DNA from: Macrostomum lignano
Taxonomy: Eukaryota
Assembly: GCA_002269645.1 (NCBI GenBank)
Contig: NIVC01003369.1
Coordinates: 1-64,000 of the forward strand
Length of the DNA stretch: 64,000 nucleotides
Reading direction: 5' to 3'
Part shown: in pieces, positions 32,774-51,135 of the stretch
Numbering within the stretch: position 1 is the first letter of the stretch
How the letters are laid out: each line of letters opens with the position of its first letter
The notes under the pieces: generated by a model
Seen by the model: the letters and a program-made list of their open reading frames with translations, nothing else
What the model was told of the DNA's origin: nothing
The model's database searches: none
Program-made: the position numbers and the translations under genes

Positions 32774-34121
32774 CTGCCACTTTGCTGCTCCAAGCAGCTC
32801 TTCTTCTAGGGAGATAGGAAGCGCAACTTTCTTGTTGAGGGAACTCGCTGTTCCCCCGCGTTTTTGGCAGAAAAAAAAGTTCTGCATTTGATTGATTGCT
32901 TCTGCTATACTTAGTTTTCTTATTAAGTTTTCCACAGAAACTCAAGTGATGTACATAATGCTAAAAAGGCTTCTAGTGCATCAGCTTTTGTACCTAGCGA
33001 ATTGCTTATTTAATAAATAAATGCTGAAGTGAGGCGGTGTTAAGGTGAGTTTTCAACGCTACTTTTTATCAGGTCAAGAAGTAACTGCTGCAAGAAAAGT
33101 TTTCTGCTTTTATGTTATTTCTCGACAATGGCATCTCCGCGCCAGAAGGAACTTTAATGATAAAATTAGCGTATATTGTACTGCATTGTGCATATTGAAA
33201 AGTTTGCGTTTAAATTGTGCTCAAACACGATAAAACAAATTATAAATCGCAGTTTCTGTCGGAGGTAGCAGAGTTAATGCTGGAAGGGAGAATTGACTTC
33301 ATGTTGTTAGAAGCAAATTTGATGGGATGTGCCCGATGCGCTCTATGTACAATGCACTGCCCTGGCTAAAGAGCTAATGAGGTAGCTAAAACGGTACAAA
33401 AACTAAAAATACTACTCAGAGTAAAGTAATTCGAGTTCTGGGAGCACTGCGAGTCAGTGAAGACCGCATGAATAATTCTGAATATGAAAATGTCTCAGAC
33501 TCAACTGGGGGGGGGACTGAAAACGAATTACAAAAGCAAAAAGAGCAGCAATTTGCACTTGCAAAACCAGTTAAAAGCTTTTTAATTCGAATGAGTTTGA
33601 TGAAGAAATGAAATTGATTGATCAGGTTAGGCTGCAGGTGTTAATAAAAATCATTCCAAAAATTAATAAACGCAGAAGCTGACACTTAGCTGGTCTTTGT
33701 TCTGAGAGAAACTGAGAGAAAGAGGTCTTTGTTCGATACGGTTAAAAAAAATTATTGATTTCAAACGAAACAGGTAGCAACTAAAATTATTGTTAAGTGA
33801 AAATAATTTAAGTAAGCTGATCTTATGCTAGTAAATCAGACACTATCGTTGCTATGGCTGTCAACTTTTTAACAAGGGTTCACAAATCACTACAGGACTA
33901 AGCTAAGAGTACTTACAGGTTTGCACAGCACATGCAGTGAGTGAATCGAGGCAATGCATAAGCTCATTGGAAATATGTAGAAGTACGCGATAAACTTTAC
34001 AAGTATAATAAATAAAATACAGTTTGTTTTTTCAGGTCCATGACAAATTGGATATTTAAGTGGAGTATTTCTATAGAGTATTTCTATAACAGATTCATAC
34101 TTATTGCCGCCTGCTCTAAGC

Positions 34122-34205
34122 ATGAGCCTGAGCCTGAGCCTGAGCTTCAGCCTGCTGAGCCTGAGCCTGAGCCTGATCCTGAGCCTGAGCCTGAGCCTGA
34201 GCTCC
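34122..34205. repeat. (TGAGCC)n hexamer array just 3' of the Bcl-2 stop
   Basis: Directly visible. Confidence 0.93.
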
Positions 34206-34329
34206 AAGCAAAGTACGAGAATAAGCCCTATAAATGTCCAAGTTAATCCTCCTCTTATACTAGAAACAGTGCAGTCTCTTGCGATCGGATTGCTGATGTA
34301 CAAATCTATCTAACCCCAGTGTCAGTTAA

Positions 34330-41427
<7,098 letters not shown>

Positions 41428-42057
41428 GCTGGCTGGCACAGACTCGCTGAGCTGCTTCGGAGACTCCGGCAGAGCAACTGCTGGCTGCGCGCGGCTCCTC
41501 CGTCCTTGGCCGGCTGGCGCGAGATTTTCTTCTCGCGGGCTCCGCGGCGCGGGGGCGGCGGGGATTTTCGCCCCCGGAGCCGGCCAGTGAAGAGCGGGGA
41601 AAACGGGGGTGGGGAAGAAAATCTCCAAGCAAAGGGGATAGAATTTATGGGAGATTTGGAGGCTTAGCAGGGGAGGGGCACAGTACATGTCGATCGTGTG
41701 GAGGGGGGAGCTGCCGGACCCCCGATCCCAGAATTTTCCCGTCCCCCTGTCTGAGCGGCTTTCGCAAGGGCGCGATGGGATCAGAGAGGGATTGAGGGGT
41801 TGGGAATGATGACAGGGTTGGAAATTTTTTCTGCCGAAAGTTCCTTTTTTCCTGGCTTAGGCCTCTCTATCATCGATTGAGGAGTGGCGATCTGTAGGCT
41901 CGGGTCTCATGAGTTTGGCAAGATTTGCGTCTGCATTCTGTTTCACTGGATCAACCAGCCGTTCATTGTGATGACAAATTATTAATGCAATATTTTGAAG
42001 CCAGATTTTCAATTATTTCGCTCACTCTGTGCATTCTTTCGAAAGAATGGAAATTAC

Positions 42058-42345
42058 CGTAGGACTCACGACTGAAAGGTCGGGGGTTCGATTCTCAACC
42101 CACTCGTAAAAATTTGTGTCTTTGAGCAAGATACTTAACTCTGCATTGCTTCAGTTCACCCAGCTGTAAAATGGGCGCCAGCATTAGCTGGGGTAATTGA
42201 GGCTGTGTGTGGCGACCCCCCAAGTCCTGGGACTGAACAGCCGTGCGCAGCCTTCAGATGCGCAGCAGCGCAATAGCTGCGGCTGAGCTGTCGGTTGCAT
42301 ATCTGTCTATTAGGGCAGGTGTAACTTATTATTATCATTATTATA
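42058..42345 (+). mobile_element. tRNA-derived CORE-like SINE, copy 2 (head 5'-truncated, fuller body, (TTA)-like tail)
   Basis: Collinear with 4680-5005, including GGTTCGATTC, the core and AATAGCTGCGGCTGAGCTGTC. Confidence 0.85.
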
Positions 42346-44104
42346 GCAATTTTACTCCATATATTCAACAATTCCCAAGTACCAAAACGTGGCGCTGGAG
42401 TCCCCAACGACTCTAGTGGATTTATTATTCATCTTCAGCCCGACAGACTCTCGGCAACTTCGAGATCGGCTTCTTGAAGAATAGTTCTCAGAGCTCTGCT
42501 GTATTGTTATTGCCACCAATTCAAGGCATTTTGAGTTTCTTGCAATTCGCCAAAACTGTCGTTATTAAAAATGTGCTGCATGCCCTACTAATAGCAGGCG
42601 GTCTGCGAAAATTCTGCGTAAAAAGAGCGACTCGCGAATAAACTGAACAGCCGTATGAGCTGATTTTGTCTGATTATGGAGCGCAGAGAAACTGAAGAGC
42701 GAATCTCTAAGGAAATCAGTAATGGAGTTGTGAATCAATCGGCACGTATTGATGTTAGAGCGATTCACATCAGTGACGTCGGTGACGTGACGCAGGTCGC
42801 TGACGTCGAGTGCGCGCTTTTCCTCGCCGGTAGGGCGCCTGCAGGGTCAGCAGCAGCTCCTGCACCGGTGTTACACTTTAGACTATCCGGGTTTTTTTGT
42901 CTGGCCCGGATATCCGAACGCACTTACGATATCTGCCCGGATACTGCCAAGCAAAAAACCTGCTTTGTTTTGTCCTTCCCGGATATCTTGAGCTGCTTTG
43001 CATTGTCCGGGCACTTTGAGATGTCTCTCCCGGACATCCTACGGCACTGACTCTGCTATCCGGCCCGGAGACCACAAGAAGGGGAAGTTGTCTTGGGACA
43101 TCCGACTGTAGGTTGAAAGAGAGGGGTCAGCCTGCGGAGACAGAGGTTTGCCTTAGGACATCCGGCTACTGATATCCGGGGCTAGAAATAGCAAAATTTC
43201 GACATCACTTTTCGCAAATTAGAAAATAACTTTTTGCTACTTTTTCAATGGCAAACATCTGCGTCATGCTTATTTAACGGTGTATGTTTCAATAACAATT
43301 TCGCGCTTCACACACTCCAAAAAGAACTAAAATCAAAGCTCATATTGTCAACCGAAAAGCTGTCTGTTACTCCATTCACCAATCTAATTCGATAAATCAA
43401 AAACTGGCGATCCGCTGATTGAAGCGTGATGAGCCACAGCCTTCTTCCGATGCTTTGATTGAGATGCTTTCCGTTTTCATGTTTTGAGAAACCAGCCAGC
43501 TGATAAGTATTATTGCATTTGATGATGCGGTAGACGTCTTCTGCAGATTATCTCTCTCTTTTGTACTGGAATGTTCCGGCAGCTCAGCATGCTCGTCGCT
43601 AAAAACGATTACGTAGGACTTGGACAAGAAATATTTTCCAACTATCTGAAAATAATGTGTATTATAATTTGCGCCAACATTAATTTCGGGCTATTAGCTC
43701 GTACACTGATATTCATGGCATGTACGCTTGTGCGGGTACATTTAACGACAGTCTATTATCGATTTATTCTTAGACTGCATCTTATCCGCCCCTCCCAAGC
43801 ACTCTGAGTCAGTCCCATTCTCGCTTAATGTTGTCATTCTGCCCCACGCATTCACATGCGCCTTATCCTGTAAATACGAGCTAATTTGACTAACTTGCCA
43901 CCCCAATCTTTATTCACCCCGGACAATTCAAGACCTAGGATATTTCAAAGCCCGATTTTGTTGTGCCTTGGATTATCCAGGGTAGGTTATCGCAAAGCGA
44001 CAATAATTTTGCTTTGCGATGTCCCCCGGACAAATTAAGACCCCGGTGAACAGAAAGCCTAACACCGGCTGCAACCGGCGCAACAGGTCGCTTGGTCGGG
44101 GCAG

Positions 44105-44330
44105 GCCGGCGGGACGATAGGCGGTCAGGGCCTCAGGCTAACCCGCGGCGACGCCGCAGATCCTCGCGGACGCCGGGAACCAGACCGCCGAGGTACACGA
44201 ACTGCTGACCTCACAGAAGCTCCGTCGCCTGTTCGTCAGCGCCTCGGCACCAAATGGCAGCCTCGATGTCGTCCGGCATGCAGAGAACGACGGTCATCTG
44301 CATGTTGATCCATCAGGCCGACACTAGCTG
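44105..44330 (-). pseudogene. Degraded non-LTR retrotransposon RT fragment
   Basis: Minus-strand translation: ASVGL/INMQMTVVLCMPDDIEAAIW...*GQQFVYLGGLVPGVREDLRRRRGLA*, with stops and a frameshift. Confidence 0.7.
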
Positions 44331-45234
44331 AAACAGAAAGCAGCTTAGCGCCTAGTTGGAATGAATCTGTCAGTACAGATGAAGTACTTTCTTTTTCGCG
44401 TAAATAGTCCTCTGACAAGAGTGCCTTTTGTACTTTTTTACCTAATCGCAGCTCAAGTCGTAGCCAATAAAATTCCCACAATGACGTACTGACATGCACT
44501 TGCCCACGCGGCGGAGAGAAGTTCTACGCGCTTCTGAACTTCGAGTCAGGCTCGAGCTCTCAGCATTCGGTGTGAACAACCGTCCCTGCTCACAGACCAG
44601 TCTAAAATGCATGCACGATCTCGTTAAAAACTGCTGCAGAACTCATACCCGTCTCTTCCCCTTATTTCAGAGCTCTCCAGGGCCCCAGCCCGCGTTTTAA
44701 ATCGACTGTCTGCGTCCGCTCACTTCTCAAACTTGTTCAAATAATTGCTCTTTGCCAACGCCAAGACCGAACCAATGGGAAGCGGGAAAAGCGGCGGGGA
44801 GGGTGCAGTGAGGGAGAGGTGCAGCTCGCTGGCCATGCGCTGTGAGCACGTGAACTTGTTGTTGAATACAGCGGTCGATTGAGCACTTACATTTCTTTCC
44901 CATATCTGCCCTTATCTAGTGGGCTTGTGCGCTGTTTTGCGAAACGTTTGGCGTACAAAAACTCATCTTTATAAATTAATGACTTCCTGTGCGAGTTTTT
45001 ACTCATAATAAATCAACTGCTGCGTTGGTAGAATGTGACTCAAGTGAGCGATGGATGCTGCATCACACTGATAGTGAGTTAAATGCTGCTTCATTCGGAT
45101 GAAGGTGAGAGAGTATGAGTCATGCATTTATTGCAAATCACTTGTCACAGCAAAACTTTTGCAAAATTCGTGTCCCTAGGACCCAAACTGGGCGGGCCTC
45201 TGACACAAATGGGCGCTCTTACTGGGCTTTTCGA

Positions 45235-45735
45235 CACCCAGTCTGACACCCCTGACACACAATCTGGCACCTCTGACACACAATCTGGCATCCCTGACAC
45301 ACAATCTGGCATCCCTGACACCCAATCTGGCATCTCTGACACACAATCTGGCATCCCTGACACACAATCTGGCACCTCTGACACAATCTGACACCTCTGA
45401 CACACAATCTGGCATCCCTGACACCCAATCTGGCATCCCTGACACCCAATCTGGCATCCCTGACACCCAATCTGGCATCCCTGACACCCAATCTGGCATC
45501 CCTGACACCCAATCTGGCATCCCTGACACCCAATCTGGCATCCCTGACACCCAATCTGGCATCCCTGACACACAATATAGCACCCCTGACACACAATCTA
45601 GCACCCCTGACACACAATATAGCACCCCTGACACACAATCTGGCATCCCTGACACCCAATCTGGCATCCCTGACACCCAATCTGGCATCCCTGACACACA
45701 AGCTGGCATCCCTGACACACAATCTGGCACCCCGG
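45235..45735. repeat. 21-bp minisatellite upstream of innexin (CTGACACCCAATCTGGCATCC)
   Basis: Directly visible; same family as 52740-53620. Confidence 0.96.
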
Positions 45736-45931
45736 ACCTCATTTGTGCTTGCACCAAATGCTTCAGTGAGGCCTTCAATGAGGCGCTATTTGCCCCCTGG
45801 CGCACTGGCCATCCCGATTCGAATACTCGATCGTACGCATGCACTAAAATGAGTTGCTGAATGCAATGATTTGTCAAACACCGACCCAACCGCATCCTAA
45901 AAATATTGCAGAATTGCTTTAACCAGCCGCA

Positions 45932-48900
45932 ATGATTCTTCAAGACTTCTTCACCTACATGCGGCAGGCGGAGGTGCTCAGCCACGTTGGCTTGGACGAC
46001 TTTGCCGACAAGCTGAGCTTCATCTACTCTGGTGAGTCGGCTTTGACCCCTGAGCACACGCAGTTTCACACAGGACTCAAGTACAGATGGATATTCGCAG
46101 GAAGGTTGCGTGCACCCTAGCGCTACGCCTTTGGCGACACCGTGGCACAAGCAGCAGCGAGGCAATCCTGGACATTTATTGCATTTAGAGCGCGGGATAT
46201 TGCATTCACACACACGCTCACACGGGTTGTACAGCAGCCCTGACTCTCCCATCGTCAGGAATGTACACACTTAGTAGTTCTCAAGGTCGTAAATCGCTCG
46301 ACAAGACACATTTACCGCTGACTCAGCCACAAGCATAGAACTCGAACTCGCATTGCAGTCTGGTTCCTGCTGGTCTGCAGCAGCCTCGCCACTGCCAAGA
46401 ACTACTTCGCCAGCCCGATAGTCTGCTACCTGCCCTCCATCGTGGGCTCGCACGAAGGCCAAAGCAGCTACGTGAACAGCATCTGCTACTCGGAGGGCAC
46501 CTACAATGTGCCCCCCGCCGAGTTCCTCATCGACTCCTCCGACCCGGACTGGGACCAACCGTACCGCAGCCGCAAGATTTTCTACTACCAGTGGCTTCCG
46601 CTGGTGCTCGGCCTGCAGGGCGCGCTGCTGTACAGCCCGCGCATCGTCTGGCAGGTCGCCGTGGCCCGCTGCGGCGCCGGCGTCAACCTGCTGCAGCTGG
46701 TGCGCTCGGCTCGCGAGGCCGCCGCCGAGCCGCTGGCAACGAAAGTGCCGGACGGCCGGCGAGAGAAACTTCTGAGCAGCTGCGTGAGTCAGGCGGACCT
46801 CTGGCTGGACTGCTGGGCGGCCTGCAGGTCCCGCCTGGCCGCTGCCTACCTGGCCGTCAAGTGCCTCTACGCTGGCAACGCCGTCTGCCAGCTGCTGCTG
46901 ATGGCCAGCCTGTTGCAGCTCGGCTCCTTCAACTCCAAGACCGGCCTGGCGGCCCTGCCGGTGCAGGCGGCGAGTTTCGGCGCCTCCTTGCTGGCTGATC
47001 TGGCAGCGGGTGAGAGGAGAGGGGGGAGAGGAGCTTCTCTGGGGTCTCTGAGCAAGGCTTTTCTTTGGCTTTGCTCCCCTTGTTTCAGCGCGTTATTATC
47101 AATTTCTCAGAATAGTCGCTAGCAAAGCACTGGAACGATGGACCCATCCCCGTCTGTATGTATCTAGTGAGAGAGAGAGAGAGAGAGAGAGAGAGTAGTA
47201 GTAAGTGCTGCAATTTTGCTTAAACTTCACTAGTTTGTAATGTTCAGTTGTGCTTTTTCAAAATGAATATCAATAGACTTGTAAAACCGCCACAGATACT
47301 GGCTTTAAGTGATACTTGGATGTCTATACGGCAGAGAAGCAAAGTCACGGGTAGCCAGAGGCGAGGGGGCAAGGGGGCACCCGCACAATAGGCTGACAAA
47401 GAACTACGGCACCTGATTAGGCGCACCCTTCAAAATTGTTGTGACGCCCCCAACAATGGCGCTTCTAAGACAACCTTGGGATAAGCAACAGCTGACCACT
47501 GAGCTATAACACACTAATAGTCCGGCTTCTCCCCCCACCGCAGGCAGGGACTGGCGAGCCACCGGGCTGTTCCCCAGGAGCGGCTGTTGCGCCGTGCTCA
47601 CCCGGCAGTCCTCCGGTGCCCAGCATCAGTTCGCCCAGTGCGCCCTGCCGGTGAACATGCTTCACGAGAAGCTGTTCATATTCCTGTGGTTTTGGTTCAC
47701 CTTCCTGCTGGCGATGTCGCTCATCAGCCTGGCAGTCTGGGTGGCTTGGCTCCTGCCAGTCTGTCCGGTGAAGCGAAGCGTGAAGCGGATGATCTTCCTG
47801 AGCGGCGCTCCGTGCGCCAATCCGGCAGAGAGGCGAGTCATCAGGTAGGAGGCGAGTTTGCATGGGATGCAGATTTTGTGAGGTTTGATTCTGAAGGAAA
47901 GCAACGCTGTTCTCTCCTGAGTGGGTCTTCTTGAGTGCAAAGTGGGTCTTCGTGAGTGCCAAGTGGATCTTCTTGAGTGCAGAGTGGGTCTTCTTGAGTG
48001 CCAAGTGGGTCTTCTTGAGTGCAAAGTGGGTCTTCTTGAGTGCAGAGTGGGTCTTCTTGAGTGCCAAGTGGGTCTTCTTGAGTGCAAAGTGGGTCTTCTT
48101 GAGTGCAAAGTGGGTCTTCCTAAGTGCAAAGTGGGTCTTCTTGAATGCAAAGTGGATCTTCTTGAGTGCAAAGTGGGTCTTCTTGAGTGCAAAGTGGGTC
48201 TTCTTGAGTGCAAAGTGGGTCTTCTTGAGTGCAAAGTGGGTCTTCTTGAGTGCAAAGTGGATCTTCTTGAGTGCAAAGTGGGTCTTCTTGAGTGCAAAGT
48301 GGGTCTTCTTGAGTGCAAAGTGGATCTTCTTGAGTGCAAAGTGGGTCTTCTTGAGTGCAGAGTGGGTCTTCTTGAGTGCAAAGTGGGTCTTCTTGAGTGC
48401 AAAGTGGGTCTCCCTGAGTGCAAAGTGGTTCTTCTTGAGTGCAACGTGGGTCTTCCTGGGTTTCAAAGTACATCTTGGCTTTTCAAGGTGCAACGCGGTC
48501 CAACCAGTGTGAAAAGTTGTTGTGGGATTTTCAGTGTCTAAACTGAGCCTTGTTACAATGTAAAAATAGTCTTTTATGATGGCAAAAGGCCTCTGACGGC
48601 TCCATAATTGTGTGCTCTGTCTGATAAAGATGCGCCTTCCGAATGCTAGGATGCAATAGACACGGAAAGCTGATCTAGGAGCTTGAGCACTTACCTTTCA
48701 CGAACGTCAAACCTGGCAATTCGCAAAGTATAATGATACTTTATACGAGTACTTCAAGTATGCACACCACCCGATCATTGGAAGTCAGGGCAGATGGACG
48801 CTTTGCGCGAAACCGTGTCTGCCTACGGATCCGTGAGAGCGAGTGACGTGTGAATGGGCAGTCTTAACTGGCTCTGGATCCACTGCTGCCAGCAGTTGCA

Positions 48901-49912
48901 CAAATAACCCCTCACCGCTTAACATCGCAGGTCATTCGCCCAAGACTACCTTCGGCATGACGGCGCATTACTCATCAGCATGCTGTCAATCAACTGCGGC
49001 AACTCCGTCGCTAGCGACATCTGCTGCGGCCTCTACCGGAAATTCCGGTCGCGACACGAGCCCGAAGGCTCGGTGACCGGCGCCATCACGAGCAGCGCCG
49101 CCTCCTCGGCGCGGTCCCTGAGCCAGGAGGAATCCGCCCAGCCCGCACCCGTTCACAAGAGGCCCCGAAAGATTGGCTTCAAGTTCAAACGAGTGAAGTG
49201 GGCGAAATTGCCCGACAGACCGGGAGACGACCTCGAGGATGACGAGGAGAGTCAGCGAGACGATAGGCGCAGGCTATTCAAGGACGTCAGCGCTGATCAT
49301 TTCTGCGACTGTGAGGCCCAGCTGGACTGCGATGCCTCCGCCGATGCACCTGCGGCAAGAACGCTGGCTGCCGCGGTCGCAATTGTAAACGAGGCCCAGG
49401 ACAGCAGAGACCGGGCCGACTCGGCGGCCGAGGCTGCCAACGCTGCCGACGATGACGGATTTGCTGGCGAGGCCAGGAGTGGAAGCTCCGGCTACTGCCA
49501 CATCGGCGAGGACGACGGCGACGGTCCAGCTGACGAAGACGATGAGGACGATGATGACGGAGGCGGCGAAGGTGGCGATGATGACGACGAGGGCGACGAC
49601 GAGGAGGAAGACGTCAGCGAGAGTGACGGCGGCGGCGAGGAGAGCCTCGTCGATGAAGCCGATCAGGAGGAGAGCGAGGATGTCGAGAAAGAAGCTGAAG
49701 AGGGCAGCGAGAGCGAAGAGGCTGCTGAAGGCAGCGACGGGGTCGACAGCGCCGATGGCAGCGAGGATGTCGGCGAGACGGGCAGCAGCGCCAACGGCTC
49801 CGACAGCGACGGAGACAGTCGAGAAGAACGGGAGGCAGACGGCGGTGGAGGGGACAACCCTGCGGGTGTTGCAGAAGCGGCCAGCGATATGGAGAGCCTG
49901 GCGTCGGTGTGA
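45932..49912 (+). CDS. inx: Innexin with long acidic C-terminal tail; exons 45932..46031, 46359..47009, 47544..47844, 48931..49912 (~677 aa)
   Basis: DDFADKLSFIYS, SPIVCYLP, YVNSICY, YYQWLPLVLGLQGALLYSPR, LFPR, QCALPVNMLHEKLFIFLWFW and DYLRHDG. Exons sum to 2034 nt in phase. Confidence 0.95.
47920..48450. repeat. 21-bp minisatellite in innexin intron 3 (GAGTGCAAAGTGGGTCTTCTT)
   Basis: Directly visible. Confidence 0.97.
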
Positions 49913-49963
49913 TGACAAAGTCTGCCGTCTGTCACCCACTTTGAAAACTCATTTTGAATGATG

Positions 49964-50233
49964 GCGCCCAATCTGATTTAGTAGCGCCCAATCTGATACA
50001 GTGGCGCCCAATCGGATACAGTGGCGCCCAATCGGATACAGTGGCGCCCCATCTGATACAGTGGCGCCCAATCTGATTCAGTAGCGCCCAATCTGATACA
50101 GTGGCGCCCAATCTGATTCAGTAGCGCCCCATCTGATACAGTGGCGCCCAATCTGATTCAGTAGCGCCCAATCTGATACAGTGGCGCCCAATCTGATTCA
50201 GTGGTGCCCAATCTGATCCAGTGGCGCCCAATC
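49964..50233. repeat. 20-bp minisatellite 3' of innexin (GTGGCGCCCAATCTGATACA)
   Basis: Directly visible. Confidence 0.95.
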
Positions 50234-50924
50234 TAAGGTAAAAGTACTATTGCTTACAGAAGCATGCCAAAGGACACTCGTGAGGTCGTCTGGGTGAAGT
50301 GCTCAAGCATCTGGCATGAGCACCATGCGTGTTTTCTCCCAGATTCAACATTAACGGAATTTAATTGTGCACATTTTACAATATTTTATAGTTTAATGCT
50401 CTAAACTGAGTTCTTTTTCACCCAAACTTCAGATTTTGCCAAATTATTTTTGAATATTGATACTTTTACGTCGCCAAACAAAAACTTTATTATTAAATAT
50501 GCTTGCAACTCTAATACGCACTACTTTCAGTAATACGTTTGCATCTTTTTGTACTGCAAAGCTGTAAATAGATTTCGATTTTAAAGAAATAAGTTGCTTT
50601 TAAATGCCTTGCGATTCAAACTTCAACTTCTAATGCTTCTAACTTCAAAGTGACTTGAAATCTTTATTCAGAGTTCAATGCAATAGTCGCCATAACTCAA
50701 CAGTGCTGTGCAAAAGTGCATTATGCAAGTTAAACTTAACAAACATTGAAACTTAGAGAATTTGGGATTACATTGGATTAACTGCTCAAGCAGAAATTTG
50801 CAAGAAAAGCAGGCCTCAAGAGACTGGAGAGACTTAAGACTTGCTCAGCAAGCCTTACATATGAGCTTATAAATGCTACTTGGAATAAACAATTAGGCCT
50901 TTTACTATGTCAAAACCAGTTCTT

Positions 50925-51135
50925 CAGCATCCCAACTGCAGCTACATCAGTTCCCAGCATCCCAACTGCAGCTACATCAGTTCCCAGCATCCCAATTGCA
51001 GCTACATCAGTTCCCAGCATCCCAACTGTAGCAACATCAGTTCCCAGCATCCCAACTGCAGCTACATCAGTTCCCAGCATCCCAACTGTAGCAACATCAG
51101 TTCCCAGGATCCCAACTGTAGCAGCATCAGTTCCC
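50925..51135. repeat. 30-bp minisatellite overlapping the Fuzzy stop codon (CATCCCAACTGCAGCTACATCAGTTCCCAG)
   Basis: About 7 copies. Confidence 0.94.

Noticed and set aside
42676-43200. ORF and recurring ATCCGG/CCGGAT words
   Set aside because: No recognisable protein; possibly a transposon remnant, but no termini could be defined.
47504-48541. Multiple 190-330-aa ORFs (KKTHFAL, LECKVGL repeats)
   Set aside because: 21-bp stop-free minisatellite within innexin intron 3.
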